From Nemertoderma westbladi (Eukaryota > Animalia > Xenacoelomorpha), in contig JAUCBJ010008625.1 of the NCBI GenBank assembly GCA_032718475.1, positions 1 to 45,129 on the forward strand: a DNA stretch of 45,129 nt. Reading direction: 5' to 3'. The notes below the pieces were generated by a model. The model was not told the DNA's origin. It searched no databases and saw only the letters and a list, made by a program, of their open reading frames with translations. Below are positions 24,922 to 39,313 of the stretch, piece by piece (the stretch's first letter is position 1; each line of letters opens with the position of its first letter). The translations under genes were made by a program, and so were the position numbers.

Positions 24922-26494
24922 ACTTTTCCATGAAATAGTGTATGGTATTTATCACTTAATGTCTTCCAAGAATTGTTTAAGTCTAATGGTGTCATCATTG
25001 GATTGGCACACATGAAAAGTTGGGATGGAAAAGAAGTTGGCAAGAGACCTAGCGCAATGCAGGCGTGCCATGAAAGAATTGAGCTGATAAGATGTTCGAG
25101 TACTAAAATAGGTATCTTCATAGACTTCTTACCTAGTGAAATGAGACCAATAAATTATCCAAATGAACGCATACCTGTACCTGTAGCACCTGGAGGATGT
25201 GGTGTGGGTTGTAGTAGCTTAATGTTCCCAAAGTGCTGGTTAAATGTTGCTGATGGTAAAGCACATCAGTAAAGCATGGTAAAGCCTGTGTCAGGCAACC
25301 AGTGCAAAACCACAGGTAAATTAATGTACCCAATATTGCACCTATCCACACATTTCAATTTGAACATGGGATAAATCAGAGCCTTGTGATGTGGTATGCG
25401 TGATCAGTGTTCCAATGAGTTAGGTTGATTTTCATTACTGTATTCCGAAATATTGTCATTATAATTTTGAGGCGAAATATTCATCGTATAATTTCCCCAG
25501 AAAAATCTTATGAAACAAAATACATAATACATGTTGTCGAGTGGTTGCTCCATCAAATCCTGGAAATGTGACTGCTGCTGCTGGGATGCAGAAGAGAATC
25601 TGAGTCAGCAGAAATATATTGTACATAGCATTGCTGCACAGGTTGGGGAGTGGAACGGAGTCGACACATTCTACTGTAGTGATTAGTGATTGGGATTGTG
25701 ACAATATATACAAATTTTTCCTAGTGGAATTTTGGCAGCAATTATGATAAGTATAACAATTGGGATTGCCTGTGTAGGCAGCAGCATTAGACATTGGGAC
25801 ATGTGATGGAGATCTATGTGATGTGATCTAGGGCGGCCAAATCGTGGTCTTTGTAATAACAATTGCTCATGGACCTAGGTGTGTATCCAGTAGGCCTATT
25901 GAGAAATGGTCTGTGAATGGATTGAGGGTGGTATTGAAATTGAGATCTTTGACCTTGAAATTGGCTTATTTGATTAATAGAAGTACAGGTGTTAGTAGGC
26001 CTATTCTCGATTGTTGCCTTTTCATCCTTTCCTGATTCCCCACTTTCGATCAGTTTAATTGCATCAACTAAAGATAGATCTAGGCCTTTCCTAAGCAATT
26101 TTTGCGAGCTTCAGATGAACTGATATTCAAAATCAGTGCATCTAGAAGTCAATTGTCGTCTGGATTACCAGTTTCCTCATTATAACCGCATTTTTCGAAA
26201 ATGCTACGCATTGCAGTCAATAGTCACAGAATGGGTTCATTGACCTTCTGATGTTTGTCATTTAATTGTTTTCTAAACACCCGGTGACCTGTACCACCAT
26301 GAATATGTTTTCAAGTTTATCAACATCATTTTTTTCAACAGCTGTCAAGCGTTTATTTAATTGCAATATTAACCATACATTATCTTGTCAGCCACTAGTA
26401 GAGGCTAACAGTGTGATATAGCGTAATTTGCGGTGAGCTGCTATATAGGTGAGATCATCTGGGCTTGCTGGGGCTGTTATACCTGACCTGCCAT
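24922..26494 (-). mobile_element. Decayed Ty3/gypsy-like gag + protease remnant
   Basis: Paralog of 13323..14895. Confidence 0.72.
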
Positions 26495-26597
26495 ATCTGT
26501 TGACATATCAAACAGCCTACCAATCAATTTAACTTTGTATATCATTTGCTCTTTAGGCGGCTTTGACACTGTTTAACCCCTTAATGGGTTAAAATAG

Positions 26598-28310
26598 TAC
26601 TACTAGAGGATCGGCATGCTGCATTGCAGCTGCATTTTTAAGGATGCTGTACCAGCTTGTCAACAAAATTGCGCCGCCACAACTCCGTATCACCCATGAC
26701 AACTGCTAGATCATCCGGATCTTCAAGGCCAGTGTCCTTTAAGATGCGTTTCAAGAAAGTCATGAGCTGTCCACCATGCTTATTCACTCTATGAGGCTGC
26801 CAAATAACAAGATTATGCACTGGCTGGTCCTCACGGCAAAAGCAATGTCCTGCAAAGCGGAGGCGATTTTGTTCTAGTGACAAGCTTGGGGGAACCAATG
26901 AGACACCTCCAATGTTATATAGTGTCTGGTTGGAGATGTGTGCATTGTACTTGACACAATGAACCCAGCGTAGCATTCTCGTGAATGTGCCATCCAGGGA
27001 TTTGGTGTCCTCAGCAGTTAGAGCCCAGCATGGACTCCCATAGAGGAGTACTGGAACTACTGCTGCTCTAAATAATCGGACCTAAAGTTTCCAATTAATT
27101 CTCGGTGACTTCCAAATCCTGGAAAGAATATTCATTCAAGCCTATTCAAGCCTATTCAAAAGTTAATAAAAAGACCAACACTAGAAGCAGCATGTTCTAA
27201 TGAGCTGAGGAGCCATTGGGCTCCCTCTAGTGATTCTGAGAGTACTCCTAAGTCATCAGCAAAGTCTAGATCAGTTAGGTACTTGGCAGGAGTTCCTCGA
27301 CTTCTGGAGCCAATAGGTGGAGTTATCATCACCCCATCATCATTATGATGATCTAAGGGCATGCGTAGAAGAACATAGTCAACCACAATTATATATCAAC
27401 CATAATTATGTAATTATTATCATATACTGATCTGATTGCTGCAATAATTTCATCAGGAATCCCATATAATGAAAGTATGCTGAACATTACGTGAGCAAGA
27501 GACTGAATCAAAGGCCAAGAAGAAGTCAATAAAGATAACAGCCAGATGCCTGTCTTTCTTTTGGGCTTTTTTGATAACTCATAAATTATCCTTCTAAGTG
27601 CCAAAATGGGCTCCATGGTCCCACGACCTTTACGGAACCCATTCTGATTTCCACGGAGCAGTCTCTCAATGGGATCCCTGATGCGATTTAATAGAATTCT
27701 ACTGTATAGCTTTGCAGCAATCGAGATCAATGAGATTCCCCGAAAAGAACCATAGTGTTAGGTTGCCCTTCTTGGGAACTGTCACCAACTTATTTGTTTT
27801 CATTTCTTGTGGGACTCTTGTTGTTCGATACATGTCTACTATGATGAGATAGATGAGCTTTAAACACCACTACTCCACTGGCACGATTGGTCTTAATGCT
27901 CTTTGGGGCAGCCTTCACTTCTGCAAAGGAGATATCGCCAATGGGAATATCTGGGAATACAGACTCAAACACTTTAACTTCTATAAAGTTATCAGGCAAT
28001 GCCCTGTCATTATTTAGGAGCTTTTCAAAGTGGGCCTTCCAACCATTGATGCGATTGGCTGGTGATTCAGCCTTAACCTTAGTGGTTGGTTGGCATTTCC
28101 ACCCAGTAAGCAAGTTGATCGATTTCCATGCCTACGATGATTGCTTGCTATCATCAGAATCATTGATGGCATCAACCTGTTGGTTTATTAGCTCCTGTAG
28201 ATTAACAGAGTACTGCCTGTTCAGGGTCCTAGATGCAGCCTTAACTGCATTCTTGGCCACTGTAGTATGTTTGAGTCGGGACTCTTTCTGCGCCTTATAG
28301 AGGTCATTTC
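26598..28310 (-). mobile_element. RTE-like LINE (insertion B) upstream of GPCR copy 3
   Basis: Same element and junctions; 'LRGNQNGFRKGRGTMEPILALRRII' and 'DLDFADD'. Confidence 0.92.
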
Positions 28311-28440
28311 GGCACTTCTAAATAGCACCGTACATAATTAGAATCATCTATTATCAATTTAATTTATATGTAATTATATATAATTTCATGCAAAATATAC
28401 TACCTTTAGTATGATACCTTTATGGTTTAGCTGTTGAACA

Positions 28441-29673
28441 ATGTATATAGTTTTATTGCAAACGATTTTCTGCTTATATTATTGCATGGATTTTTCTGTT
28501 GCTAATTGGAGAGAAACATTTACCAATAATTCTAACACAACGAAATCAGATATATATCACAAGTATTATATCAATATCCTTCAAGATGATTTTGATGAAG
28601 TTTTCTATTGGTTTAATGGTTATTACAGTGTTGTAGATTTCTTCCTCGCAAAAATTCTCACACCATACATATCGATAAATAATATATTTGGATTGGTTGG
28701 AAATATATTTATAATTATCACGATATTTCGCGAAAAATCATTTAACACTCTGTTTTATAGAATGTTAGCTGTTAAGTCAGTTTTTGATATTCTCATATCT
28801 TTTGGATCTTTTTTAGTTCATGGCAGTAATATGGGTTGGTTCCGCAGCTCCATTACAATTGAAAAGGTCAATGGTATTACCATAAACCACTTGCATTGTT
28901 ATAACGTTATTTACTGGATATTTCAGCTTTATTGGCAAATGCTAAACTGGTTTTTAAAGAATGGAAATGATACACTGATATTAATAATGGGTGTAGAACG
29001 CGTATCAGCACTCTATTTACCAGTTTGGTATAAAAATACAAAATTGAAAAACAATAATATGATTTACTATATTGTATTACTGCTATTTATATATACAACT
29101 TGTTTTTACTGGCCTTTTGCTCTAATGTATAAGCCTGAAATTCGTTATGTTGATAGACATAGGCAATATTGGGCAATATACAATTATTGGGAAGCGCATA
29201 ACATATATATCCATAGAGCTTATCAATTTCTTGATTATTTCTCTCCTATTAGAATAAGCGTACAAGTTCTCGGAATATTAATTATCAATTGTCTTATGAT
29301 TTATAAATTAAGAAAACTAAATTACGACAAACAAAATTCATCATCTGGCAAATTGGTTGCAGCAGCACGTTTGATGCTAATAAATGGGATATTGATGTGC
29401 ATAAAAGATTTTCTCTACATGTTGTGGTACATAATATCCAAATATCACGACACAATTGAAGCCCAAATAGGACCAAAATCAACAATAAAGGAAGTATTGC
29501 ATTGGAGGAAACTATGGCTTGCCAGTGATTACATCGCTGTATTAAGTAATTGTCTTTTTATTACTTACTGTATAGATTTTTACCTCATGTATATGTTTGT
29601 TGGTAGTTTTAGAAATGCTGTAAAGGTCAACATATTTAAACCATTAAGAAAATATTTTAAAATAAGTCGATAA
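28441..29673 (+). CDS. Orphan class A 7TM GPCR, 410 aa; copy 3
   Basis: Intact paralog; 7 aa differences from copy 1 by eye, including W284C and T350K. Confidence 0.9.
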   Translation: MYIVLLQTIFCLYYCMDFSVANWRETFTNNSNTTKSDIYHKYYINILQDDFDEVFYWFNGYYSVVDFFLAKILTPYISINNIFGLVGNIFIIITIFREKSFNTLFYRMLAVKSVFDILISFGSFLVHGSNMGWFRSSITIEKVNGITINHLHCYNVIYWIFQLYWQMLNWFLKNGNDTLILIMGVERVSALYLPVWYKNTKLKNNNMIYYIVLLLFIYTTCFYWPFALMYKPEIRYVDRHRQYWAIYNYWEAHNIYIHRAYQFLDYFSPIRISVQVLGILIINCLMIYKLRKLNYDKQNSSSGKLVAAARLMLINGILMCIKDFLYMLWYIISKYHDTIEAQIGPKSTIKEVLHWRKLWLASDYIAVLSNCLFITYCIDFYLMYMFVGSFRNAVKVNIFKPLRKYFKISR

Positions 29674-29699
29674 ACATATAATAGTGAATCGAAACTGAT

Positions 29700-29881
29700 A
29701 TATTTACAAACTATTGTCTATTAGATATAAACTGGAGCCCTGTGCGGTAAAAGTTCACTTTCGGCAGTATTTGACAACTAATATTTATTAATATTTACAA
29801 ACTATTGTCTATTAGATATAAACTGGAGCCCTGTGCGGTAAAAGTTCACTTTCGGCAGTATTTGACAACTAATGTTTATTA
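29700..29881 (+). repeat. 91-bp VNTR, 2 copies
   Basis: Same monomer. Confidence 0.95.
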
Positions 29882-32115
29882 TTCTGTATTATTTTAACTT
29901 CTAATAATTGGCGAATTGCATATCTTTCCTTATCATTATAATTAATGTATATCCTTATTTATAATTACTATTTGTTTGCTTAAAATATTATTGGTTAAAT
30001 ATATTAGAATGTTTTTTTATCCTTAACCGTGTTTTATTCAAACATTAAGTGGGGTCCCCCATTCTTCGGTTGGGGATGGGTGGTTATCAGCCATGGGGCG
30101 ATCTTAATGTCCACTGATATGGACTGCGCTTATCTTTCTCTCCAGGTAAAATCTGTGGGGTAGAAGCTCAGATACAATAATAAACAGATCCCGTTTTTTC
30201 ATTTTTTGCCTACGTAGAGGAGTAAAACATCCATTTATACTAATCACATTATTATTATTAATCAAATTATTATAATCTTCATGTGGTTTCCCGCCAGTTA
30301 GGTTAAAACTGAATAGGAATCCCATGCTACCCGCCACCACTGAAATTCTTTGAGTTTAATTCAGCGATCAAGATTTTCGGGTCCATGAGTCTGGAATTTG
30401 GCCACCGCCTGGCTGCCATCAAAGGGTCAATCGGTACGCAAGTTCACGCCGCTTTGGATGAACAGTTCGAGTATTCGCTGTTTGTGTTGTTCAGATAACA
30501 GTCGGAGTTCCTCCACCTCGATACAGCGTTGCTGTTCATGCTGTTCTTCCCCTCTTTCCTCTACTCTACATCTATCCACCGACTTTGGGCCACATCTTTG
30601 TGTCGTTGAGCTTCCATTTGTTCTAGAATTAATGTCAGCACCTCGTTTGGCCACCACATCGTAAAGTGGGTTTATCACTGCAATCGTCGTTCTCTTCCAT
30701 GAGATACCAGTGCAAATGCTTCCATAAGCGAGCTGTGGAGTCTTTCGATTTGATTTGGATCTCCTTTGCAAAAGTGAAGGCTGTTGCAAAGAGCATTAAG
30801 ACCAATCGTGCCAGTGGAGTAGATGGTGTTCCCCCTGAGGTCTTTAAAATACCTGAGTGTTTAAAGCTCATCTATCCCATCATAGTAGACATGTACCGAA
30901 CAACAATCTTTAAAATACCTGAGTGTTTAAAGCTCATCTATCCCATCATAGTAGACATGTACCGAACAACAAGAGTCCCACAAGAAATGAAAACAAATAA
31001 GTTGGCTTCTATATTACCGGTATATACTTTATGTGCGTTCGATTTATGAAATTTTTTTAAAACTTTTTCAGTAATGTTAGGGTTCGATTAATTTTTGGTT
31101 AGGTTTGTGTTAGTGATTTTTGGGGTGTGATCAGTGTTGGGTTAGTCTGGTTATTTTATACATTTACCCACTATTTCCCACTCTCCCTGCCCACAAAACC
31201 TTTGCCCACAGACCTATTATTAATTGTAGTACAAACTTATCCAAACGCTAGCCAACCCCTAACCCAATTTAAATCAAACAAACCTAAACCAACCCTAGCT
31301 AGAACATTCCTGATCCAACCACAACCAAAACAACTCTTACCTAATCTACCCTGAACCCAACCCTAACCCAAATCCTAATTACTAATCCCAGCCCCGAACC
31401 AAGATATAATAATTTTCACCATGTCACTTGAAAACACACCTCTAGGAGAGAGATACGTAATTTGATTAGATTAGCATAGCATACTAGGTACTCAGCACTG
31501 CCAATTACATTCTCTAAAGGTAATTCCATAAGAGTTGAGTATGTCTCGTAAGGGTATGCTCCATCGGAAATCCATAACCCTCTTGGTGCGCTCTGTTTTA
31601 GTTGAGAATATAATTATTTTACCTGGACTGGGAATATTTTAGATAAGATAACGTTCAATTACATTGCGTAGAGTTATCATGGAACATGAGTGGATGAAGA
31701 GCAGAGGATTTCATTAGGATTACCGGATTCATAACATCTATTCATTCCATCGACCTGCGCACTCCTCCCAAAATCCAGTTGTCACACTACATGATTACTG
31801 AATTTTTCCACAATGTCTCATTATATTCCCGAACTTTCCGCATGATGAAGCAGGGAAAAAGTTTATGAATTTTTTCATCATTCTTTATTTTTTCCAAAGT
31901 GGATTTTACAAGTATATAAATTTTAACAATTTATTGTATGGTAAATAAAGTATGCTTAATTAACCGCTCGTCCTGAGATCATTTATTGATTGAGCGAGTG
32001 CAACAAACGAGGTCAATAAGAAAGATAGAGGAACGATAAGTTCAATTAAATATTTTCTATACTGTACAATATGTAATATTATTGTTATAATGTCATGTGT
32101 TTTGTTATCAAGGTA

Positions 32116-33050
32116 TGTTGATTCTAAGTATTTTGACTACTGGTCTGGAGGTGAAACTGAGCTTTAGTATGGGTACAGCAGCCGCTTACACTGCAGTAAG
32201 CACACAAGTAGTATGTATTATATCTTACTGGGGGTAAGTTATGTATATTTAATTTGCCACTGCCCCAAGGTCGAGTGATAACTATGTCATACAGAATGAT
32301 GGTGCATCTGTGGAGCTTGACTACATTGTACCAGAACCGAGGCATGCTGCAATTGCAACTTGGGAATCTGTGAGTTTCAGTCCAAGCCACCTGATGAGAT
32401 AGATGTGATGCATGATCATAGAGGGCATTGAGCTGGGCTGGGCAATATCCAGTTGCGTAGTGACATTTGCCATGCATTGTAAGTGGAGAACGACTCCCTC
32501 AAATAGTTTTTAGTGTTGGAAACTGAGGATATTAGCCCATTGAGGCGACAATGCGATGGCTGATCAGATTGGAACTCAACCGATGGTTAACTATACGAGC
32601 TGGTTGATGATGCACCTGGGCCCAAGCCAAGTTAATAACCCAATTGTGAACACTCATACTGGACTCCTCAGACTCGGTGCTGAGGAATAAGAACCGACTA
32701 TTCCTCTTTACAGAGTTTCCAAACAGTTGTGGCATGCCGGATAACCTTGCTGGAAATCCTTGTGGGAGCGTCTCCTCAACCAGTCTATAGGATGGTATTC
32801 TGGCATACCGAGTTGATTATGTTGTTGAATCTTCAGCAACACGGTTCCCTGCTCATTATCTTCCAATATGATTTTTTACCTCCCACTGAGTCGCATAGCC
32901 GAGCCCGCTCACTACATATCATCGTGATTCCCCATGACATCTGGGGTCAGAAGCAGCAGGACATTGCCCACCTAATTGTGTTCACCCCACACTCCTCTGC
33001 AAATTTATTACTAATTAACATTTGAACTACTTAACAATACATATCACACA
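32116..33050 (-). mobile_element. Putative LTR, unit 4
   Basis: Paralog of 10264..11202. Confidence 0.45.
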
Positions 33051-33113
33051 TCCGTCCCCCCTCAGCTAAGGTTAATATCGGTAATATTATATTATAATAT
33101 TATACGGTAATAT

Positions 33114-35577
33114 GGTAATGGTGAAAAATATCGAGACTTGAATAATATCGAGAGTAAAAATATCGAGAGTAAAAATATCGAGAGTAAAAATAACGAGTGT
33201 TGAAAATTAACGTGATTAAAAAATATCGAGAGTAAAAATAACACGAGATGAAAAATATCGAAAATAATGAGTGTTGAAAAATATCGAGTGTTGAAAAATA
33301 TCGAGAGTAAAAATATCGAGTGTTGAAAAATATCGAGAGTAAAAATATTGAGTGTTGAAAAATATCAAGAGTAAAAATATCGAGTGTTGAAAAATATCGA
33401 GAGTAAAAATATCGAGTGTTGAAAAATATCGAGAGTAAAAATATCGAGTGTTGAAAAATATCGAGAGTAAAAATATCGAGTGTTGAAAAATATCGAGAGT
33501 AAAAATATCGAGTGTTGAAAAATATCGAGAGTAAAAATATCGAGTGTTGAAAAATATCGAGTGTTGAAAAATATCGAGAGTAAAAATATCGAGAGTAAAA
33601 TTATCGAGTGTTGAAAAATATCGAGTGTTGAAAAATATCGAGAGTAAAAATATCGAGAGTAAAAATATTGAGAGTAAGAATATCGAGTGTTGAAAAATAT
33701 CGAGTGTTGAAAAATATCGAGAGTTGAAAAATATCGAGTGTTGAAAAATATCGAGAGTTGAAAAATATCGAGTGTTGAAAAATATCGAGTGTTGAAAAAT
33801 ATCGAGTGTTGAAAAATATCGAGTGTTGAAAAATATCGAGAGTAAAAATATCGTGAGTAAAAATATCGAGAGTAAAAATATCGAGAGTAAAAATATCGAG
33901 TGTTGAAAAATATCGAGAGTAAAAATATCGAGAGTAAGAATATCGAGTGTTGAAAAATATCGAGTGTTGAAAAATATCGAGTGTTGAAAAATATCGAGTG
34001 TTGAAAAATATCGAGTGTTGAAAAATATCGAGTTTTGAAAAATCTCGAGTGTTGAAAAATATCGAGAGTAAAAATATTGCATTTTACTTGAGCATTTTAT
34101 TTAGAATTATGGAACAATATTGCAGTGCATGGGTTACAACAGTGCAAGTGAATGGCATTATGTAATACACCTTGGCTACCCATTTACCAGATTTATTATA
34201 CTAGCTAGTTTTTGCTATTTTTTTAATAAATATTATAAAAAATATCGGTGAATATATTAACTGGTTAACGTGACTAAAAGAAGTGCTAGCTATAAATTTT
34301 GATAAATATTATAAATATTGTTAAATGTTATATTAGAACACGTACCTTATAAGCTACCAAATGTTGATAAATATTGTTGTTCTAGAACATTTTTAGTAAA
34401 AAAATTATCATACAACCCTTATTTAAAAAAAAATGTTACTATCGATATTTTTACTCTCGATATTTTTCAACATTCTATATTTTTCAACACTCGATATTTT
34501 TACTCTCAATATTTTTACTCTCGATATTTTTCAACACTCGATATTTTTACTCTCGATATTTTTCAACACTCGATATTTTTCAACACTCGATATTTTTCAA
34601 CACTCGATATTTTTCAACACTCGATATTTTTCAACACTCGATATTTTTCAACACTCGATATTTTTCAACACTCGATATTTTTCAACACTCGATATTTTTA
34701 CTCTCGATATTTTTCAACACTCGATATTTTTACTCTCGATATTTTTCAAGTCTCGATATTTTTCACCATTACCGTATGTATGTATGAATAGGCTTACTGT
34801 ACATTTAATTATAATTAATTTAATACACCTACCGGTACCGTAAATTGAGACTGGGGGGTGGTATGACTTGAGAATCAAATTTAAATAAATATATAATCGA
34901 TAATTGGTTTAAACACTCGATATTTTTACTCTCGATATTTTTCAACACTCGATATTTTTACTCTCGATATTTTTCAACACTCGATATTTTTACTCTCGAT
35001 ATTTTTCAACACTCGATATTTTTACTCTCGATATTTTTCAACACTCGATATTTTTACTCTCGATATTTTTACTCTCGATATTTTTCAACACTCGGTATTT
35101 TTACTCTCGATATTTTTACCCTCGATATTTTTACTCTCGATATTTTTCAACACTCGATATTTTTACTCTCGATATTTTTCAACACTCGATATTTTTACTC
35201 TCGATATTTTTCAACACTCGATATTTTTACTCTCGATATTTTTCAACACTCGATATTTTTACTCTCGATATTTTTCAACATTCGATATTTTTACTCTCGA
35301 TATTTTTACTCTCGATATTTTTCAACACTCGGTATTTTTACTCTCGATATTTTTACCCTCGATATTTTTACTCTCGATATTTTTCAACACTCGGTATTTT
35401 TACTCTCGATATTTTTACCCTCGATATTTTTACTCTCGATATTTTTACTCTCGATATTTTTACTCTCGATATTTTTTGAACTCTCGATATTATCGTTATT
35501 TTTCAACACTCTATGTTTTTACTCGCGTTATTTTTACTCTCGATATTTTTCATGTCTCGATATTTTTCAATATAACC
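33114..35577. mobile_element. Non-autonomous foldback-type DNA transposon (Merlin-like termini) with tandem-repeat inverted arms and 8-bp TSD
   Basis: TSD ggtaatat at 33106-33113 and 35578-35585; single copy at the equivalent junction in other units. Termini GGTAATGGTGAAAAATATCGAGA and TCTCGATATTTTTCAATATAACC. Arms are built from 15-bp (aaaaatatcgagagt) and 17-bp (gaaaaatatcgagtgtt) monomers. Confidence 0.88.
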
Positions 35578-36686
35578 GGTAATATTGAATAACTTAATAA
35601 CTTAAATTTGCTTCTGAGAGATGAACACAGTTAATAAATGGTCAAACACATATCTCATTTGCAATTCGATTACTGTCTTCGCAGTGGTGTTGAAGTAGTT
35701 GTGTAGTAGTTGTGGGTAATACTCGGAATATAATAATGTTCAATATCAATCAGCTGTCTAATAAGGGCCAATAAACAGACAACAATTAATGAAATTGACT
35801 GTGTGGTGCTAATTCAATTTGGATGAAACAGTCGAGGAGAACATATTGCCGTAATATAATGTCAATCATGGAGAGTATCCACTATTTATAGTCTGAATTA
35901 ATATAAAAAGCTTTAGTGGAACTAAGCGAATAAGGACAAATATATTTTAAAATTAATTAATGGTGATGAAACACATCATCATCAACACTGCATCTTGACA
36001 ATCCAATTCATGACAATTCTGTATTATTTGTTTTGGTTTTTTATTAATAAAAGGAATTACTTTAATTATTTTATTTTTATTATTTTTAATTAATTATTAA
36101 CTTGTGAGGCGCGTGAAGCGCGCCTGGCTTGCTAGTTGGTAACTAAAATGGTTACTATCATGAATCATTTTCAGTGATGGGGGGTTAACAGGAATGGGGG
36201 GGAAACAGAGGAATCACTATTTGTCTGAGACGGGGTGCAACGGCACTGGCTGGGGGGGGGGATGTAACAGGAACAATGGGGGGGGGGGGGGGGGGGGGGG
36301 GGTGTAACAGGACAGTACCACTTAAATACCATAAATTAGCTGTTTGTTTATTACTACAGTACCATTTATATTTTCCCTGAATACAATAGTAACTGTATTT
36401 TAGCTTAATTTTGATGCTTATTTGGAATATTGGAAATAAACATACATGAACTCGATCTTGACCCTGCTGGGAGAACACAAACAGGTTCGGATGAATATTT
36501 TTTGCTGGGTCTAAATTTTCACAGCACAATATGGCATTGTAATATCAAAATTCTTGATAGTGACTGACTGTGATACTTCGTGATTAATATGCATATCACT
36601 ATTATTATATCCGAAGAGATAAGATGTCTTTGAATATAAATTTTTATTATATATTATTAATATATATATCTTTCAATATAATTTAA

Positions 36687-37637
36687 TGTAGCTGCGTAAT
36701 GCAGTTGCAACGCAGCTGCATTATATTATATGCAAAGATTATACATCCTGTAAGTTACATATTACATATATAATAAAACTGTGCCTGTTTGTCAACAAAA
36801 TTGCACCTCCACAACTCCCTATCACCCATGACATTTGATAGATAATTCGCATCTTTAAGGCCAGCGTACTTTATGAGGTTCTCAAGAAAGGGTTGTCCAC
36901 CATGCTTATTCACTGCATGGGGCTGCCAAAGCACAAGAGTCCCCACAGGTGATCCTCACAGCGAAAGCAATGTCAAAGTGGAGGTGGTTCAGTTAGTGTC
37001 AAGCTTGGGGAGACTAATGAAATACCTCCAATGTTGTATAGAGTCTGATTAACCCGGCGCAGCATTCTTGTGTAAGTGCTATCCAGAGATTTTGTGTCCT
37101 CTGCAGTTATGCCCAGCATGGACTCTATCTACTATACTCTAAGAGTACTGGTACTACTACTGCCATAAATAATCGGACCTTAAGTTTCCAATGCATTCTG
37201 TGTGACTTCCAAATCCTGGACATACTGTTCATTCAATGTTGCCCATGCCTACCCCTTTCGTATCCGAAAAGATCAAAAGACCAACACTAGAAGCAAGCTG
37301 CTCCAATGAACAGAGGAGCCTTTACCTAGTGATTCTGACAGTACCCGTAAGTCATAGCGAAATCTAGATAAGTAAGTCTACTTCTTGTTCCAGTAGGTGG
37401 TGTTGCCCTTACACCCTCTTTATTGAGATGACCTAAGGACATTTGTAGAACATAATCAACCCCAATTATGAATATGAATGGTGTTGAATATGTGTGTCAT
37501 CACACTGAAGAACCCCCTCCGCGTGATCCTATAGTTGCAATAATTTCATCAGAAATCCCATATGCTGCAAGTATGCTGAACAAACGTGGCCGGGAGACTG
37601 AGTCGAAGGACTTAAATAAGTCAACATAGAGTAGCAT
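36687..37637 (-). mobile_element. Old degenerate RTE-like fragment (C)
   Basis: Paralog of 12366..13322. Confidence 0.8.
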
Positions 37638-39210
37638 ACTTTTCCATGAAATAGTGTATGGTATTTATCACTTAATGTCTTCCAAGAATTGTTTAAGTCT
37701 AATGGTGTCATCATTGGATTGGCACACATGAAAAGTTGGGATGGAAAAGAAGTTGGCAAGAGACCTAGCGCAATGCAGGCGTGCCATGAAAGAATTGAGC
37801 TGATAAGATGTTCGAGTACTAAAATAGGTATCTTCATAGACTTCTTACCTAGTGAAATGAGACCAATAAATTATCCAAATGAACGCATACCTGTACCTGT
37901 AGCACCTGGAGGATGTGGTGTGGGTTGTAGTAGCTTAATGTTCCCAAAGTGCTGGTTAAATGTTGCTGATGGTAAAGCACATCAGTAAAGCATGGTAAAG
38001 CCTGTGTCAGGCAACCAGTGCAAAACCACAGGTAAATTAATGTACCCAATATTGCACCTATCCACACATTTCAATTTGAACATGGGATAAATCAGAGCCT
38101 TGTGATGTGGTATGCGTGATCAGTGTTCCAATGAGTTAGGTTGATTTTCATTACTGTATTCCGAAATATTGTCATTATAATTTTGAGGCGAAATATTCAT
38201 CGTATAATTTCCCCAGAAAAATCTTATGAAACAAAATACATAATACATGTTGTCGAGTGGTTGCTCCATCAAATCCTGGAAATGTGACTGCTGCTGCTGG
38301 GATGCAGAAGAGAATCTGAGTCAGCAGAAATATATTGTACATAGCATTGCTGCACAGGTTGGGGAGTGGAACGGAGTCGACACATTCTACTGTAGTGATT
38401 AGTGATTGGGATTGTGACAATATATACAAATTTTTCCTAGTGGAATTTTGGCAGCAATTATGATAAGTATAACAATTGGGATTGCCTGTGTAGGCAGCAG
38501 CATTAGACATTGGGACATGTGATGGAGATCTATGTGATGTGATCTAGGGCGGCCAAATCGTGGTCTTTGTAATAACAATTGCTCATGGACCTAGGTGTGT
38601 ATCCAGTAGGCCTATTGAGAAATGGTCTGTGAATGGATTGAGGGTGGTATTGAAATTGAGATCTTTGACCTTGAAATTGGCTTATTTGATTAATAGAAGT
38701 ACAGGTGTTAGTAGGCCTATTCTCGATTGTTGCCTTTTCATCCTTTCCTGATTCCCCACTTTCGATCAGTTTAATTGCATCAACTAAAGATAGATCTAGG
38801 CCTTTCCTAAGCAATTTTTGCGAGCTTCAGATGAACTGATATTCAAAATCAGTGCATCTAGAAGTCAATTGTCGTCTGGATTACCAGTTTCCTCATTATA
38901 ACCGCATTTTTCGAAAATGCTACGCATTGCAGTCAATAGTCACAGAATGGGTTCATTGACCTTCTGATGTTTGTCATTTAATTGTTTTCTAAACACCCGG
39001 TGACCTGTACCACCATGAATATGTTTTCAAGTTTATCAACATCATTTTTTTCAACAGCTGTCAAGCGTTTATTTAATTGCAATATTAACCATACATTATC
39101 TTGTCAGCCACTAGTAGAGGCTAACAGTGTGATATAGCGTAATTTGCGGTGAGCTGCTATATAGGTGAGATCATCTGGGCTTGCTGGGGCTGTTATACCT
39201 GACCTGCCAT
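37638..39210 (-). mobile_element. Decayed Ty3/gypsy-like gag + protease remnant
   Basis: Paralog of 13323..14895. Confidence 0.72.
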
Positions 39211-39313
39211 ATCTGTTGACATATCAAACAGCCTACCAATCAATTTAACTTTGTATATCATTTGCTCTTTAGGCGGCTTTGACACTGTTTAACCCCTTAA
39301 TGGGTTAAAATAG

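Noticed and set aside
33216-34843. 288-aa, 157-aa and 136-aa repetitive ORFs (STLDIFQHSIFFNTRY...)
   Set aside because: Translations of stop-poor 15/17-bp tandem monomers in the foldback arms; the same peptides cycle through all frames.
33114-35577. CRISPR-like appearance of short repeats (also the 91-bp repeats)
   Set aside because: No unique spacers, no cas genes, eukaryotic context.
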